Source: an uncultured delta proteobacterium (GTDB taxonomy: Bacteria; Myxococcota_A; Polyangia; Fen-1088). From it: a stretch of 64,000 bases of DNA. Numbering within the stretch: position 1 is the first letter of the stretch; each line of letters starts with the position of its first letter. The stretch spans positions 96,001-160,000 of the forward strand of contig CAVWIP010000006.1 of NCBI GenBank assembly GCA_963755125.1, written 5' to 3'. The notes under the pieces were generated by a model. That model was not told where the DNA came from. It worked only from the letters and a program-made list of their open reading frames with translations, and did not search any database. The position numbers were made by a program, and so were the translations under genes. Positions 48,924 through 58,499 of this stretch are shown here, piece by piece.

Positions 48924-49264
48924 GCCGGGCCTCCCACGGGGCGCGGACGCGGCGGGCGTACCCGCCGGGGCAACCGCTCCGCCTCCAGCGCGCGACCGAG
49001 GTCATCGCTGCGCGGGTCCGCCAGCTCTCCGATGCGCTCGCCCATGCCCAGCACGAATAGCACGGTCGCGTAGATTCCCATGGACACGCCGGCGTCACCC
49101 TGCTCGACGCGGCCCAGGGTGGTCCGGCTGATCATCGCCCGCTCGGCCACCATGACCATGGTCAGCCGCCGACGCCGGCGGGCCGCGGAGATGTCCTGGC
49201 CCAGCTTGCGCAGGGCTCGCACGAGCGCGGCCGGGAGGGCGGGCAGGGCACGGGAGTTTTTCAT
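48920..49264 (-). CDS. XRE/HTH antitoxin (HipB-like)
   Basis: ARRRRRLT...VAERAMISRTTLGRVEQG; overlaps the hipA start. Confidence 0.88.
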   Translation of the reverse strand: MKNSRALPALPAALVRALRKLGQDISAARRRRRLTMVMVAERAMISRTTLGRVEQGDAGVSMGIYATVLFVLGMGERIGELADPRSDDLGRALEAERLPRRVRPPRPRPVGGPA

Positions 49265-49267
49265 AAC

Positions 49268-49314
49268 GACCTAAATAGTGTACCTTGACAAGGTATAAGT
49301 CCACTTTTTAGGTC
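49268..49314. promoter_or_regulatory. Nested palindromic operator of the TA module
   Basis: gacctaaatagtg/cactttttaggtc (1 mismatch) enclosing perfect TACCTTG-A-CAAGGTA; AT-rich. Confidence 0.7.
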
Positions 49315-49325
49315 ATAAAGTGTAA

Positions 49326-51161
49326 TCAGACGCCGCCGGCCCGCATCTGGCGTTGCCAGGCGCGGGCGTAGGCGCCGCCCTTGGCCAGCAGTTCCGCGTG
49401 CCCGCCGGACTCGATCACTCGTCCCTCGTCCATCACGTGAATGCGGTCGGCGTACATGGCGGTGGTGAAACGATGGGTGATGATCAGCGCGGTCCGTCCC
49501 TGGGCCAGCGCGCGGAATCGCGCCAGCCAGTCGGCCTCGGCCCAGGGGTCCATGGCGCTGGTGGGCTCGTCGAGGATGATGACCGGGGCGCGGCGCTGGA
49601 ACGCGCGCGCGAGCGCGATGCGCTGCCACTCGCCCACACTCAGGTCGTTGCCTCCCGCGAACCATTTCCCCAACAAAGTGCTGTCGCCCTCGGGCAGCCG
49701 GGTGACGATCTCCCTGGCCCCGGCTTCGTCGATGGCCTTGTCGATTGCGGCCTTGCCAGGGGCCGCATCGAGATCCCCGAGCGCGATGTTCTCGGCCACC
49801 GTGGCGCTGTACTGCACCGGCTCCTGCATCAGCACGGTGACCAGGCGCCGGATCTCGCGCAGCCGCATCTGGCGCAGGTCCACCCCGTCGATCTGGAGCG
49901 AGCCAGCGTCGGGATCGTACAGCCGGCAGAGCAGCTTCACCAGGGTGCTCTTACCCGCGCCGTTGCGGCCCACCACCGCGGTGATCTGGCCGGCGGGAAT
50001 GGCCAGGCTGAAGTCCTGCAGGGCCGCTCGCTTGCTCCCCGGGTAGCGGAAGGTGACCTTGTCGAGCGCGATGCCCTGGGTCGGGGGCGAGGGCGCGGGC
50101 AGCGCGCGGTCCTGGTCCACCACCTTGCGATCGAGCGACAGAAACGCGAACAGGTCAGCGAGAAACAGGCTGTTGCTGTACGCCTCGCCCACGCTGGCCA
50201 GCAGGGAGCCGGCCAGTCCCTGTCCCTGGTTGAAGGCCTGGAAGAAGAGCGCGAGATCCCCGAGGCTGGTCTGCTGCTGGGTCGTCCGCCACACCATCCA
50301 CAGCGCCGCGCAGGCGGTGACCAGCAGGCCGCACGCGCTCGCCGCGGCCTCGGCCAGCCCCTGGTCGCGGGCCAGTTTGCGCCGCTCGCCGCGAAGCTGT
50401 TTGCGCACCGCCTGGTAGGCCGACTGAAAGTGCCCGCCGAGATCCAGCAGGCGCAACTCGGCGGCGGGCTGGCGCGCGGTCAGCAGCCAGTCAAAGTACC
50501 AGCTCCGGCGCTCGGGCGCGGTCGCCAGCAGGCGCCAGCGGTACAGCCGCAGGCGATGGTGCAGCAGCACGAAGAAGGCGGGCAAGGTGCTGACCAGCAG
50601 CGCGGCGGGCAGCCACACGCCGTAGCGAAGCAGCACGGCCACCATGGCGACCAGGGTGATGCCGTGCTGGAGCATGCTGCCCAGGTTTTCCAGCAGCATC
50701 ATGGGCCGGAAGCTGGCCTCGCTCTGCGCGCGATGGAGATGATCGAAGTAGTCGGGCAGATCGTAGTAGGCCAGGTCGACCTCAACGGACTTGCGGTGAA
50801 TCAGGGTGCGGATGTGATCCTGGACCAGCTCGGACAGGGTGGCGCGCACCCAGCCGGCCGCGCTTCGCAGCACCCCGCCCACCAGCATGACAGCCGCCAT
50901 CAACCCGAGCGGCAGCAGGGTGGGCCGCAGGGTTTGCCAGGTGGCGCCCCGGCGCAGGACCGGCACCAGGCTGTCCACCACGGATCGGGTCAGCGTCACG
51001 GTGGCGACCGGGAGCAGCCCCTGCACGGCCAGCAGCACGACCCACGCGACGGTCCAGCCCGGAGCTGCGTGGCGGACCAGGCCCAGGGTGCGCGGGAAGT
51101 ACGGGAGCAGCGACAACGTCCGCCGGAGCTTGGCGGAGATGAGGTTCAGGCTACCCGGCAT
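49326..51161 (-). CDS. ABC exporter, fused permease/ATPase (peptide-exporter type)
   Basis: GRNGAGKST, LSVGEWQRIALARAF, ILDEPT; no N-terminal C39 domain. Confidence 0.9.
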   Translation of the reverse strand: MPGSLNLISAKLRRTLSLLPYFPRTLGLVRHAAPGWTVAWVVLLAVQGLLPVATVTLTRSVVDSLVPVLRRGATWQTLRPTLLPLGLMAAVMLVGGVLRSAAGWVRATLSELVQDHIRTLIHRKSVEVDLAYYDLPDYFDHLHRAQSEASFRPMMLLENLGSMLQHGITLVAMVAVLLRYGVWLPAALLVSTLPAFFVLLHHRLRLYRWRLLATAPERRSWYFDWLLTARQPAAELRLLDLGGHFQSAYQAVRKQLRGERRKLARDQGLAEAAASACGLLVTACAALWMVWRTTQQQTSLGDLALFFQAFNQGQGLAGSLLASVGEAYSNSLFLADLFAFLSLDRKVVDQDRALPAPSPPTQGIALDKVTFRYPGSKRAALQDFSLAIPAGQITAVVGRNGAGKSTLVKLLCRLYDPDAGSLQIDGVDLRQMRLREIRRLVTVLMQEPVQYSATVAENIALGDLDAAPGKAAIDKAIDEAGAREIVTRLPEGDSTLLGKWFAGGNDLSVGEWQRIALARAFQRRAPVIILDEPTSAMDPWAEADWLARFRALAQGRTALIITHRFTTAMYADRIHVMDEGRVIESGGHAELLAKGGAYARAWQRQMRAGGV

Positions 51162-51216
51162 GAGCAAGGCAAGAGTAGGCGAGCGGCGAGAAATTGGCCA
51201 GGGCGCCAGGCTGGGG

Positions 51217-51702
51217 CTACAGGCAGGTGTAGCTGCCCAGACCGCAGATGCAGCCGGTGGCAGAGCCACCCAAGCAAGTGGAAAGCGGTGACGTGCAACT
51301 GGTTCCCGTCGCTGCCCCGGGCGGGCACGTCGACGGCCCGGCCGCGGTGTTCAGCGGACAGAGGTAGGTGCCCGAGACGCAGGCGCAGAGGCCACCCAGG
51401 CTGGGAAGAACACAAGCCGGCAGTCCGCTGGAACAGGCCGCGCCCAGCCGAACCTGAGACCCGCACACGACCTGGCCGAGACCGCCATCGCCCAGCAGGG
51501 CTGCCAGCCCGCCGTCGGGGAGCTGAATTCCCAAGTCCCCGCCCAATCCGGGAATGCCGCCAACCGCGGGCGAACCACCGGTAGCCTGCGTGGCAGCGCG
51601 GCTTGCATCGGCTGCGGAAGGCGCCAGCAAGCCGTCGCGGCCGCAGGAAGCCAGCAGGAGGACTGCCGCGAAAACTGTCTGCGCGAGAGTTCTTTTTCGC
51701 AT
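51217..51702 (-). CDS. Small Cys-rich lipoprotein
   Basis: LLASC lipobox; two 6-Cys repeats ending CxCxxGxYxC. Confidence 0.7.
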   Translation of the reverse strand: MRKRTLAQTVFAAVLLLASCGRDGLLAPSAADASRAATQATGGSPAVGGIPGLGGDLGIQLPDGGLAALLGDGGLGQVVCGSQVRLGAACSSGLPACVLPSLGGLCACVSGTYLCPLNTAAGPSTCPPGAATGTSCTSPLSTCLGGSATGCICGLGSYTCL

Positions 51703-51895
51703 TTCAATATTGGCCTGCAGTCACTTCAGCTAACAGCCAACATATTGTGGGGTTCGGCGTCCACGAATGCAACCGTAGCAAAATCGCTGTGCCCGTCGCG
51801 ACCTCATGCGGCTATCGGCAGATGGTTGGCCACAGCGTGGGCTTGTAGTCAGAGCCGTGCTTGGGTAAAAGAAGGGGTCGAAAGGACAAGACACC

Positions 51896-52477
51896 GTGGA
51901 AAACGAACACGACGAGGCACAGCAGGCAGCACAGGCAGCACCCCAGGAAACCCCGGCGCCGGACACAGCAAGGGCCGGATCCTCGCGCGGAAGACTTCTG
52001 GTTGGATTGGTGATTGTCGCGGCCGTCATCGCGGCCGTCGTCATAGCTGTGTTGCGGACTTCCGCAACGGACGCCGGGGCCAAGACCACGCCAGCGGACA
52101 TCACCCTGGTGACCTCGGATCGCACCGACGTGGACTGCGTGTCTCTCAAGGGCGTCCGGGGCTACTACTGTGGATATTCCAACGAGATCGCAACCTGGCA
52201 GGGCGACGAGCAGAACAAGCTGAAGCCGTACTACACGACCGATCGTCACCTGTATCTGGTTCCGGGTCTCTTCCTTGAGCCGGCCATTCGCGTCCGCTAC
52301 CAGTCCGAGCTGCCCAACAAGCCGCGCGAGCAACTCAAGCGCTTCACCGCGCACTGCCAGATCAAGGTCATCGACAAGCTGCCCGGGGTGCGCGTGCACT
52401 GGATCGCGAATAGCGCCTGGTCGGACCCCCAGGAGGTCGAGGTGGGGTTGGTCTCGAATTGCAAGATCGAAGGCTGA
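51896..52477 (+). CDS. Membrane-anchored hypothetical protein
   Basis: AAGGA SD; one TM; 4 Cys in the soluble part. Confidence 0.7.
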   Translation: MENEHDEAQQAAQAAPQETPAPDTARAGSSRGRLLVGLVIVAAVIAAVVIAVLRTSATDAGAKTTPADITLVTSDRTDVDCVSLKGVRGYYCGYSNEIATWQGDEQNKLKPYYTTDRHLYLVPGLFLEPAIRVRYQSELPNKPREQLKRFTAHCQIKVIDKLPGVRVHWIANSAWSDPQEVEVGLVSNCKIEG

Positions 52478-52568
52478 CCTTCGAGCTTTGCTGGCGCGAC
52501 AGATCGTAGTGCGGAAAAACAGACGTTTGAGCGGGGCCAGGAGCGGACCAGGCGCCCAGGCCCGGTCC

Positions 52569-54233
52569 TCAAGAAGTGCTGTTTGCCAGGCGCTGGACGA
52601 TGAGCAAGGTCCGGTCGTCGGTGGCCTTTAGGCCGTTGGCGCGATCCACAGCATCGAAGATTTCCGCGCGCAGGGCGGTGGCTGTGCCGTTACCGCGCGA
52701 CTGCACGATGGTCACCAATTGGCGATCGGCCTCGTCCGCATCGGACCAGGAGTCGCTTATGCCGTCCGAGAATGCCAGCAGGCAGGCGCCCGGTTGCAGC
52801 ACCACCGTGCCTTGCTGATAGGTCGTCTCGGCGAAGGCGCCCAGCACGGTGCCGCCCACGTCCAGGCTTTGCCACTGCCCATCGGGCTGGATGAGCAAGG
52901 GCCGATTCTGGCCAGCGTTGACGTAGCTGAGAGCGCCGGTGCCGAGGTCCAGCCGTCCCAGGAAGAAGGTAGCGTACTTGTCGGGTGGAACGGTCTTGTG
53001 AAAGGTCCGATTGATACAGGCGGTGGCCTCGGACAGAGAGCCGTCGCGCCAGTTGGCGCGCACAGCGGCTTGCAGAGCTACCATCAGCATGGCTGCGCCG
53101 ATGCCCTTGCCCGACACGTCCGCCAGGGCCAGGTAAAGGTGCTGACCATCGTGTTCGAGATCGAAGTAGTCGCCACCCACCATGAGGCAGGGCTCGGTCA
53201 TTCCATCCACGCTGTAGCCTGCAATCTCGGGCGCCCTGCGGGGCAAAAGGTGGCACTGGATCTGTGCCGCCAGGCGCATGTCCTCCTCCAGCCGGCGCTT
53301 GTGCAAGTCTTCTTCCAGCAGCCGCGCGCTTTCGATCTTGGTGGCTGTGACATTGGCGAGCACGGTGAGGATCTGCAGATCCCGATAGGTCAGCGGCGGC
53401 TCGTCGCTTTGCGTGTCGAGGTAGACCAGCCCCAGCACGTGGCCAGGGCCGTCTCGGTTTGAACTTGACCAGAGGGGCGCGCACATGACGGAACGGATCG
53501 GATCGGTGCGCACGCTGTCTCGATCGCGCAGCCCGGGATCCTGGAACACGTCGGGCAGCAGGAAGGCGACGCGATCGTTGAGCGCCCGCTGGACGATGCC
53601 GTCGCTGACCTTCGCGATGTCAGGGCCGAAGCGCGTGCGCGTGGCCTTCAGGGTCGGCTGCGCGGGCCGCCCTTCCAGCAGCATGATGGCCGCGCGCTCG
53701 GCCGGAATTGCGTCGAGAATGGCCTCCAGAATCTTGTCGAAGAGGTCGGGCAACGGGTGGTGGACGACCAGGGAATTGGTGGCCTGGCAGAGCACGCCCA
53801 GCAGGCGGTCTTCGCCGACCAGATCGGTGACGTCGATAGCCTCCTTGGTGCGCAAGGTCATCTCGGGCACCACCTCGGCCTTCACCACCGCATCGCCCGG
53901 CCCCTCGCCAGCCCCGTCGGCCAGCGCAGCCTCGTGGAACACCAGGGAGATTCCGCCGACGGTGATGGTGTCACCCTCATGCAGAACTTGCTCGGCGAGG
54001 ACGCGGACATCGTTCACGAAGGTGCCGTTCGCGCTGTCCAGGTCCACCAGATAGCAGGCGCCGTCGCGCTGCTGGAACTCAGCATGGTGGCGGGACAGCA
54101 GCGAGTCGGCGAAGAAGATGTCGTTGTCCTCGGCGCGGCCCACCGTGGTGCGCAGACGCAGGCGTATGCGCCGGTACGCGCGCCCCTGGATGCTGCTCAC
54201 CGTGACTTCGGGAATGGTGTGTCTGAATTCCAT
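52569..54233 (-). CDS. FHA-GAF-PP2C (SpoIIE/RsbU-like) phosphatase
   Basis: VGR, SRHHA, SANGT (FHA); GGDYFD, DVSGKG, SDGI, DDRT. Confidence 0.9.
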   Translation of the reverse strand: MEFRHTIPEVTVSSIQGRAYRRIRLRLRTTVGRAEDNDIFFADSLLSRHHAEFQQRDGACYLVDLDSANGTFVNDVRVLAEQVLHEGDTITVGGISLVFHEAALADGAGEGPGDAVVKAEVVPEMTLRTKEAIDVTDLVGEDRLLGVLCQATNSLVVHHPLPDLFDKILEAILDAIPAERAAIMLLEGRPAQPTLKATRTRFGPDIAKVSDGIVQRALNDRVAFLLPDVFQDPGLRDRDSVRTDPIRSVMCAPLWSSSNRDGPGHVLGLVYLDTQSDEPPLTYRDLQILTVLANVTATKIESARLLEEDLHKRRLEEDMRLAAQIQCHLLPRRAPEIAGYSVDGMTEPCLMVGGDYFDLEHDGQHLYLALADVSGKGIGAAMLMVALQAAVRANWRDGSLSEATACINRTFHKTVPPDKYATFFLGRLDLGTGALSYVNAGQNRPLLIQPDGQWQSLDVGGTVLGAFAETTYQQGTVVLQPGACLLAFSDGISDSWSDADEADRQLVTIVQSRGNGTATALRAEIFDAVDRANGLKATDDRTLLIVQRLANSTS

Positions 54234-54423
54234 GGGACCCTGTGTGCCTTGTTCGTCACGTCTCTGATCGGGATGTGCAGAAACGTTCCGGGTCACGACA
54301 TCCCGAACCATGTTCCATCTCGCTGTCCCCGGATACCACGTGGCATGTGCATACTGCCGAAACTTACCGGACGCAATACGGCTGGCGGAACCCATGGCGC
54401 GGGTCGAGGGGCCAGGCGAAGGA

Positions 54424-55371
54424 TCAGGATCGAAAGGAAGGATGGCTCCGCTTGCGAATCAACTCGATTTGGCCATCGGCACGGTAGCTGGAACGGACCA
54501 GGGGCCCGGACTCCACATGGGCAAAGCCCAGGTCCAGCGCCTCCTGCTTGAGCCGGGCGAATTCTTCGGGCGGGACGTGGCGGGCTACCGGCAGGTGCTG
54601 GCGCGAAGGGCGCAGGTACTGACCCAGGGTGAGAATCTGGGCGCCGCTGGCTCGGGCTTCGCGCAGAACCGCGCGGACCTCGTCCAGGGTTTCGCCCAGA
54701 CCCAGCATCAGCCCGGTCTTGCTGAGAAACCCGCGTCCGCTGGCATGGGCCAGCACCGCACAGGAGCGGGAATAGCTGGCCTGCACGCGGACCTCGCGCG
54801 CCAGGCGGGGCACGGTTTCCAGGTTGTGGGAAAATACGTCAGGCCCGGCGTCGAGCACCTGATCCAGCGCGGTCAAATCGCCGGCAAAGTCGCCGGTCAA
54901 GGCTTCCAGCACCAGATGGGGACAGCGCTGCTTGACCGCGCGGATGGTGGCAGCCCAGTGGGTCGCGCCCCCGTCGGGCAGATCGTCGCGGTTCACGCAG
55001 GTGATGACGGCGTGGCGCAGGTCCAGGTCGGCCAGCAGGTTGGCCACGCGGTCGGGCTCGGCGGAATCCGGCGGCTGCGGCCGGCCGCTGGGAACGTCGC
55101 AGAATCGGCAGGACCGGGTGCACACGTCGCCCAGGATCATGATGGTCAACGATCGCCGGCTCCAGCATTCGCCGATGTTGGGGCACGATGCGCTTTCACA
55201 AACGGTGTGCACTCCTTGCGCACGCACGCGCGCGCGCAAGTCGAAGTAGGCCGCGCTGCTGGGCAGCTTCGTGCGAATCCACGACGGGTGCCGGGGCAAG
55301 GCGTCCCCGGTGGCACCGGTCGGGCGTGCCGCACGCAGGCGGCTGGATCGCGTGTCCACGACGCGGCTCAT
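54424..55371 (-). CDS. lipA: Lipoyl synthase
   Basis: CESASCPNIGECW, CTRSCRFC, HNLETV, GPLVRSSY. Confidence 0.96.
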   Translation of the reverse strand: MSRVVDTRSSRLRAARPTGATGDALPRHPSWIRTKLPSSAAYFDLRARVRAQGVHTVCESASCPNIGECWSRRSLTIMILGDVCTRSCRFCDVPSGRPQPPDSAEPDRVANLLADLDLRHAVITCVNRDDLPDGGATHWAATIRAVKQRCPHLVLEALTGDFAGDLTALDQVLDAGPDVFSHNLETVPRLAREVRVQASYSRSCAVLAHASGRGFLSKTGLMLGLGETLDEVRAVLREARASGAQILTLGQYLRPSRQHLPVARHVPPEEFARLKQEALDLGFAHVESGPLVRSSYRADGQIELIRKRSHPSFRS

Positions 55372-55475
55372 GCGGGCAATCTGGTCGAATCCCGCGCGGC
55401 CCGCAAGGCGGAAAAATCGAGGCGCACGGCACTTGCTTGTCGACGCGCTGGCATGGCCTATGATGAACCCGTCTC

Positions 55476-56144
55476 ATGCAACGGACCCTTGTCATCGGCG
55501 ACGTTCACGGCTGCCTGGACGAGCTGCAGGCACTCCTGCGCCAAGCGGGCGCGGGGCGCGGTGACCGCGTGGTTTTGGCCGGTGATCTTGTGGCCAAGGG
55601 GCCGGACTCGCGCGGCGTCGTGCACCTGGTGCGCGAAATCGGCGCGCTGGCCGTACTCGGCAATCACGATGCCTACAGCCTCGATGTGTGGCGCAGGCGC
55701 CGACAGGGCGAGACCAGGCATCCCCGTCGCTGGTTGCTCGACACGTTGGACGATTCGGATTGGGCTTTTCTTGAGAGCTTGCCGCTGTTTTTGCGGCTGG
55801 GCGCGGAACGCGAGGGCGGCCCGGAAGCCGCAGTGGTGCACGCCGGCGCGGTGCCCGGCATTGCGCTGGAAGATCAGGAACGCGACAACCTGCTCAGCCT
55901 GCGCAGCATGGTCGGGGGCACGGCCCCTACCAGACGCTTGCTCATGCGCTGGCCCTGGGCCGCAGCCTGGCGTGGCCCCGAGCACATCGTGTTCGGGCAC
56001 GATGCGGTTCGCGGACTGCAACAGTACCCACTGGCGACCGGCGTGGACACGGGGTGCGTGTATGGCCGCGCTCTCACTGCGCTGGAGCTTCCCTCGCGGC
56101 GCCTGTACACGGTGGCGGCGCGGCGGCGCTATGCCGCCGTCTGA
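55476..56144 (+). CDS. Metallophosphoesterase (ApaH/PrpE-like)
   Basis: GDVHG, GDLVAKG, GNHD, FGH, DTGCVYG. Confidence 0.88.
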   Translation: MQRTLVIGDVHGCLDELQALLRQAGAGRGDRVVLAGDLVAKGPDSRGVVHLVREIGALAVLGNHDAYSLDVWRRRRQGETRHPRRWLLDTLDDSDWAFLESLPLFLRLGAEREGGPEAAVVHAGAVPGIALEDQERDNLLSLRSMVGGTAPTRRLLMRWPWAAAWRGPEHIVFGHDAVRGLQQYPLATGVDTGCVYGRALTALELPSRRLYTVAARRRYAAV

Positions 56145-56181
56145 GTTTCCATGTGGATCGCATGCTAGGCTCGAAGTGCGC

Positions 56182-56550
56182 ATGATAGTCGAGCTGAAGA
56201 AGCAGTTTCTCTTCGAGGCGGCGCACCACCTGCCTCGTGTTCCGGCCGGGCACAAGTGTGCGCGCGTGCACGGACACAGCTATCGCGTGGAGGTGGGTTT
56301 GCGCGGGCCGGTCGATGCGCAGACAGGCTGGCTGGTGGATTTTGCGCTCATCGACGATGCCTGGTCGGCGCTGCAGCGGCGCTTCGACCATCACATGCTC
56401 AATGAGGTGGAGGGGCTGGAGAATCCCACTTGCGAGAATCTGTGCGGCTACATCTGGACCGCGCTGAAAGCGGGAATTCCCCAGCTTTGCGCCGTGACGG
56501 TATGGGAAACCGCGGATTCCTGCTGTACCTACCGGGGAGAGATGGGGTAA
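56182..56550 (+). CDS. queD: 6-carboxy-5,6,7,8-tetrahydropterin synthase
   Basis: FEAAHHLP...HKCARVHGHSY, NPTCENL, VWET. Confidence 0.93.
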   Translation: MIVELKKQFLFEAAHHLPRVPAGHKCARVHGHSYRVEVGLRGPVDAQTGWLVDFALIDDAWSALQRRFDHHMLNEVEGLENPTCENLCGYIWTALKAGIPQLCAVTVWETADSCCTYRGEMG

Positions 56551-56563
56551 TGAACAACCCATC

Positions 56564-57379
56564 GTGCGTGCCTTTCGCTGCTTGACCCTGAACCTGTGGG
56601 GAGCCGAGCCACCCCTGCAGCGTAGGATGGAACTGGTGACCGCTGCTCTGCGCGAACTTGCACCCGACGTGGTGGGATTTCAGGAGGTGCGCGAGGTGCC
56701 GGGCGAGCTTCCCAACCAGGCGGCAACCCTGGCGGCGGCCGCTGGCTTTCACCACGCCTTCGTGCCCGCCATGCCATTTGCCGGCGGTCAGGAAGGCCTA
56801 GCCATCCTTTCGCGCGAGCCCATCCTGGAGCACGTGGCCTTCGGCCTGCCCCACGCGGAAGCCGGCGAGCGCCGTATCTTGCTGTCGGCGCGGGTATCAT
56901 TCGAGAGCATCTCGGTCTGGGTTCACACCACGCACCTCAACTACCGGCTGGCCCATGGCAAGCAGCGCGAGGATCAGGTGCAGGCCATCGACTCCATCGT
57001 GGCGGCCCGTGCCGGCGACACGCCTTCGGTCCTGATGGGCGACTTCAACGCCCGGCCCGAGGCGGATGAGATCCGTTGGCTGCGCGGGCTGGTCACGCTG
57101 AGCGGCCGGCGCACCTACTACCAGGATGCCTGGGAACGGCTGCACCCCGACGGGCATGGCTGGACCTGGGCCCACGCCAACCCCTTCACCAAACCGCTGG
57201 CTTTTCTCGAGCCCGACCGCCGCATCGACTACATCTTCGTCACGCCCATGCGTCGGGACGGTCGCGCGACCATCCGGTCGTGTCGCATCGTCTTGGACCA
57301 GCCGGCCGCTGACGGCGTGTATGCCTCCGACCATTTTGGGTTGTTGGCCGAGATCCAGATGTCCGCCGGGGAATGCTAA
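56564..57379 (+). CDS. Endonuclease/exonuclease/phosphatase family protein
   Basis: TLN, FQEV, GDFN, RIDYIF, SDH. Confidence 0.88.
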   Translation: MRAFRCLTLNLWGAEPPLQRRMELVTAALRELAPDVVGFQEVREVPGELPNQAATLAAAAGFHHAFVPAMPFAGGQEGLAILSREPILEHVAFGLPHAEAGERRILLSARVSFESISVWVHTTHLNYRLAHGKQREDQVQAIDSIVAARAGDTPSVLMGDFNARPEADEIRWLRGLVTLSGRRTYYQDAWERLHPDGHGWTWAHANPFTKPLAFLEPDRRIDYIFVTPMRRDGRATIRSCRIVLDQPAADGVYASDHFGLLAEIQMSAGEC

Positions 57380-58269
57380 TGTTCCGGCTTGCCCATGTGA
57401 CCGATCTGCACGTCCGCAACTTTGCCGGCGCACGGGTGCGCGATTTTTTCGGCAAGCGGGCCATCGGCTCGCTCAACTTGGCGCTGGTTCGTCGGCGCAA
57501 GCACCGCATGGAGTTGCTGGCGGCACTGGGCGAGGATCTCCGGGCGCGGCCGCACGATCATCTGGTGGTGAGTGGCGATCTGGGTAACGTCTCGCTGCTT
57601 TCCGAGTGGCGCGCGGCCAGAAACTGGATCGAACGCACCGGCTCGTCGATCGACAACACGACCGTCATCCCGGGCAATCACGACACCTATGTGAAAGAGG
57701 TCGTGGCGAGCGGGGCTTTTGAACAACTCTTCGCGGCCTACCAGCGCGCGGATGTGCGTCTGGCCGCCGACCGCTATCCCTTCGCGCGGCTGCGCGGCGA
57801 GATTGCCATCGTGTGCGCCAACACCTGCGTGCCCACCGGGGATCTGGGAGCGTGGGGCCGCTTGGGCGAGGCCCAGTTGCAACGGGTGGAGGCCCTGCTG
57901 GCGGCGCCCGAGGTGCGCGAGCGATTTCGCGTGCTGGTCATCCACCACCCGCCAGTCATGCACCGGCCACCCGAGAACCGGAATCTGCGCGACCGCGCGA
58001 AACTGGCCGAGGTGCTGGGGCGCGTGGGGGCGGAGTTGGTTTTGCATGGACACGACCATCGCGACGAATTCGCCGATCTGCCCGGGCCGGACGGCCGACG
58101 CATTCCCGTCGTGGGTGCTGGCTCGGCGTCCTACGCCGGCGCGACCGACAAGTGGTCTCGCTACAACATCTACGAGATCGATGGCGCGCGCGTCGACGCG
58201 TTCACCTATGCACACGACAGCGCGACCGGCGCTTTCCGGGAAGTCCGCCGGCGGACGGTCGCTGGCTGA
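57379..58269 (+). CDS. Metallophosphoesterase (Icc/CpdA-like)
   Basis: DLH, GDLGN, PGNHD, HHPP, HGHDH. Confidence 0.88.
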   Translation: MFRLAHVTDLHVRNFAGARVRDFFGKRAIGSLNLALVRRRKHRMELLAALGEDLRARPHDHLVVSGDLGNVSLLSEWRAARNWIERTGSSIDNTTVIPGNHDTYVKEVVASGAFEQLFAAYQRADVRLAADRYPFARLRGEIAIVCANTCVPTGDLGAWGRLGEAQLQRVEALLAAPEVRERFRVLVIHHPPVMHRPPENRNLRDRAKLAEVLGRVGAELVLHGHDHRDEFADLPGPDGRRIPVVGAGSASYAGATDKWSRYNIYEIDGARVDAFTYAHDSATGAFREVRRRTVAG

Positions 58270-58499
58270 GCAGGTAGGTGGGGCTCTCCCGGCGCCCCTG
58301 ACTTCTCGAAGACCCTATGTCCCTTGGTGGACAGCCATGGGTCGAAAGCGCAGCCCGCTGCCCGTTTTTTTTGATGGCGAGCCAGCGGAGGGTACTCTCA
58401 CTGCCCAAGAGAGGTCGAACCCATCCAGCCACGTGCAACCGATACCATCTTCGGCAAGCGCGGCATGTCCCAACACGATCCAAAACCGGGAGGCTCCAA

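Noticed and set aside
54424..55371. lipA as a fourth RiPP radical SAM enzyme
   Set aside because: It has canonical lipoyl synthase motifs and is a housekeeping gene.
54310..56550. 746 aa ORF as a QueD fusion
   Set aside because: Only the last 122 aa are QueD; the rest overlaps lipA antisense and the phosphoesterase in another frame.
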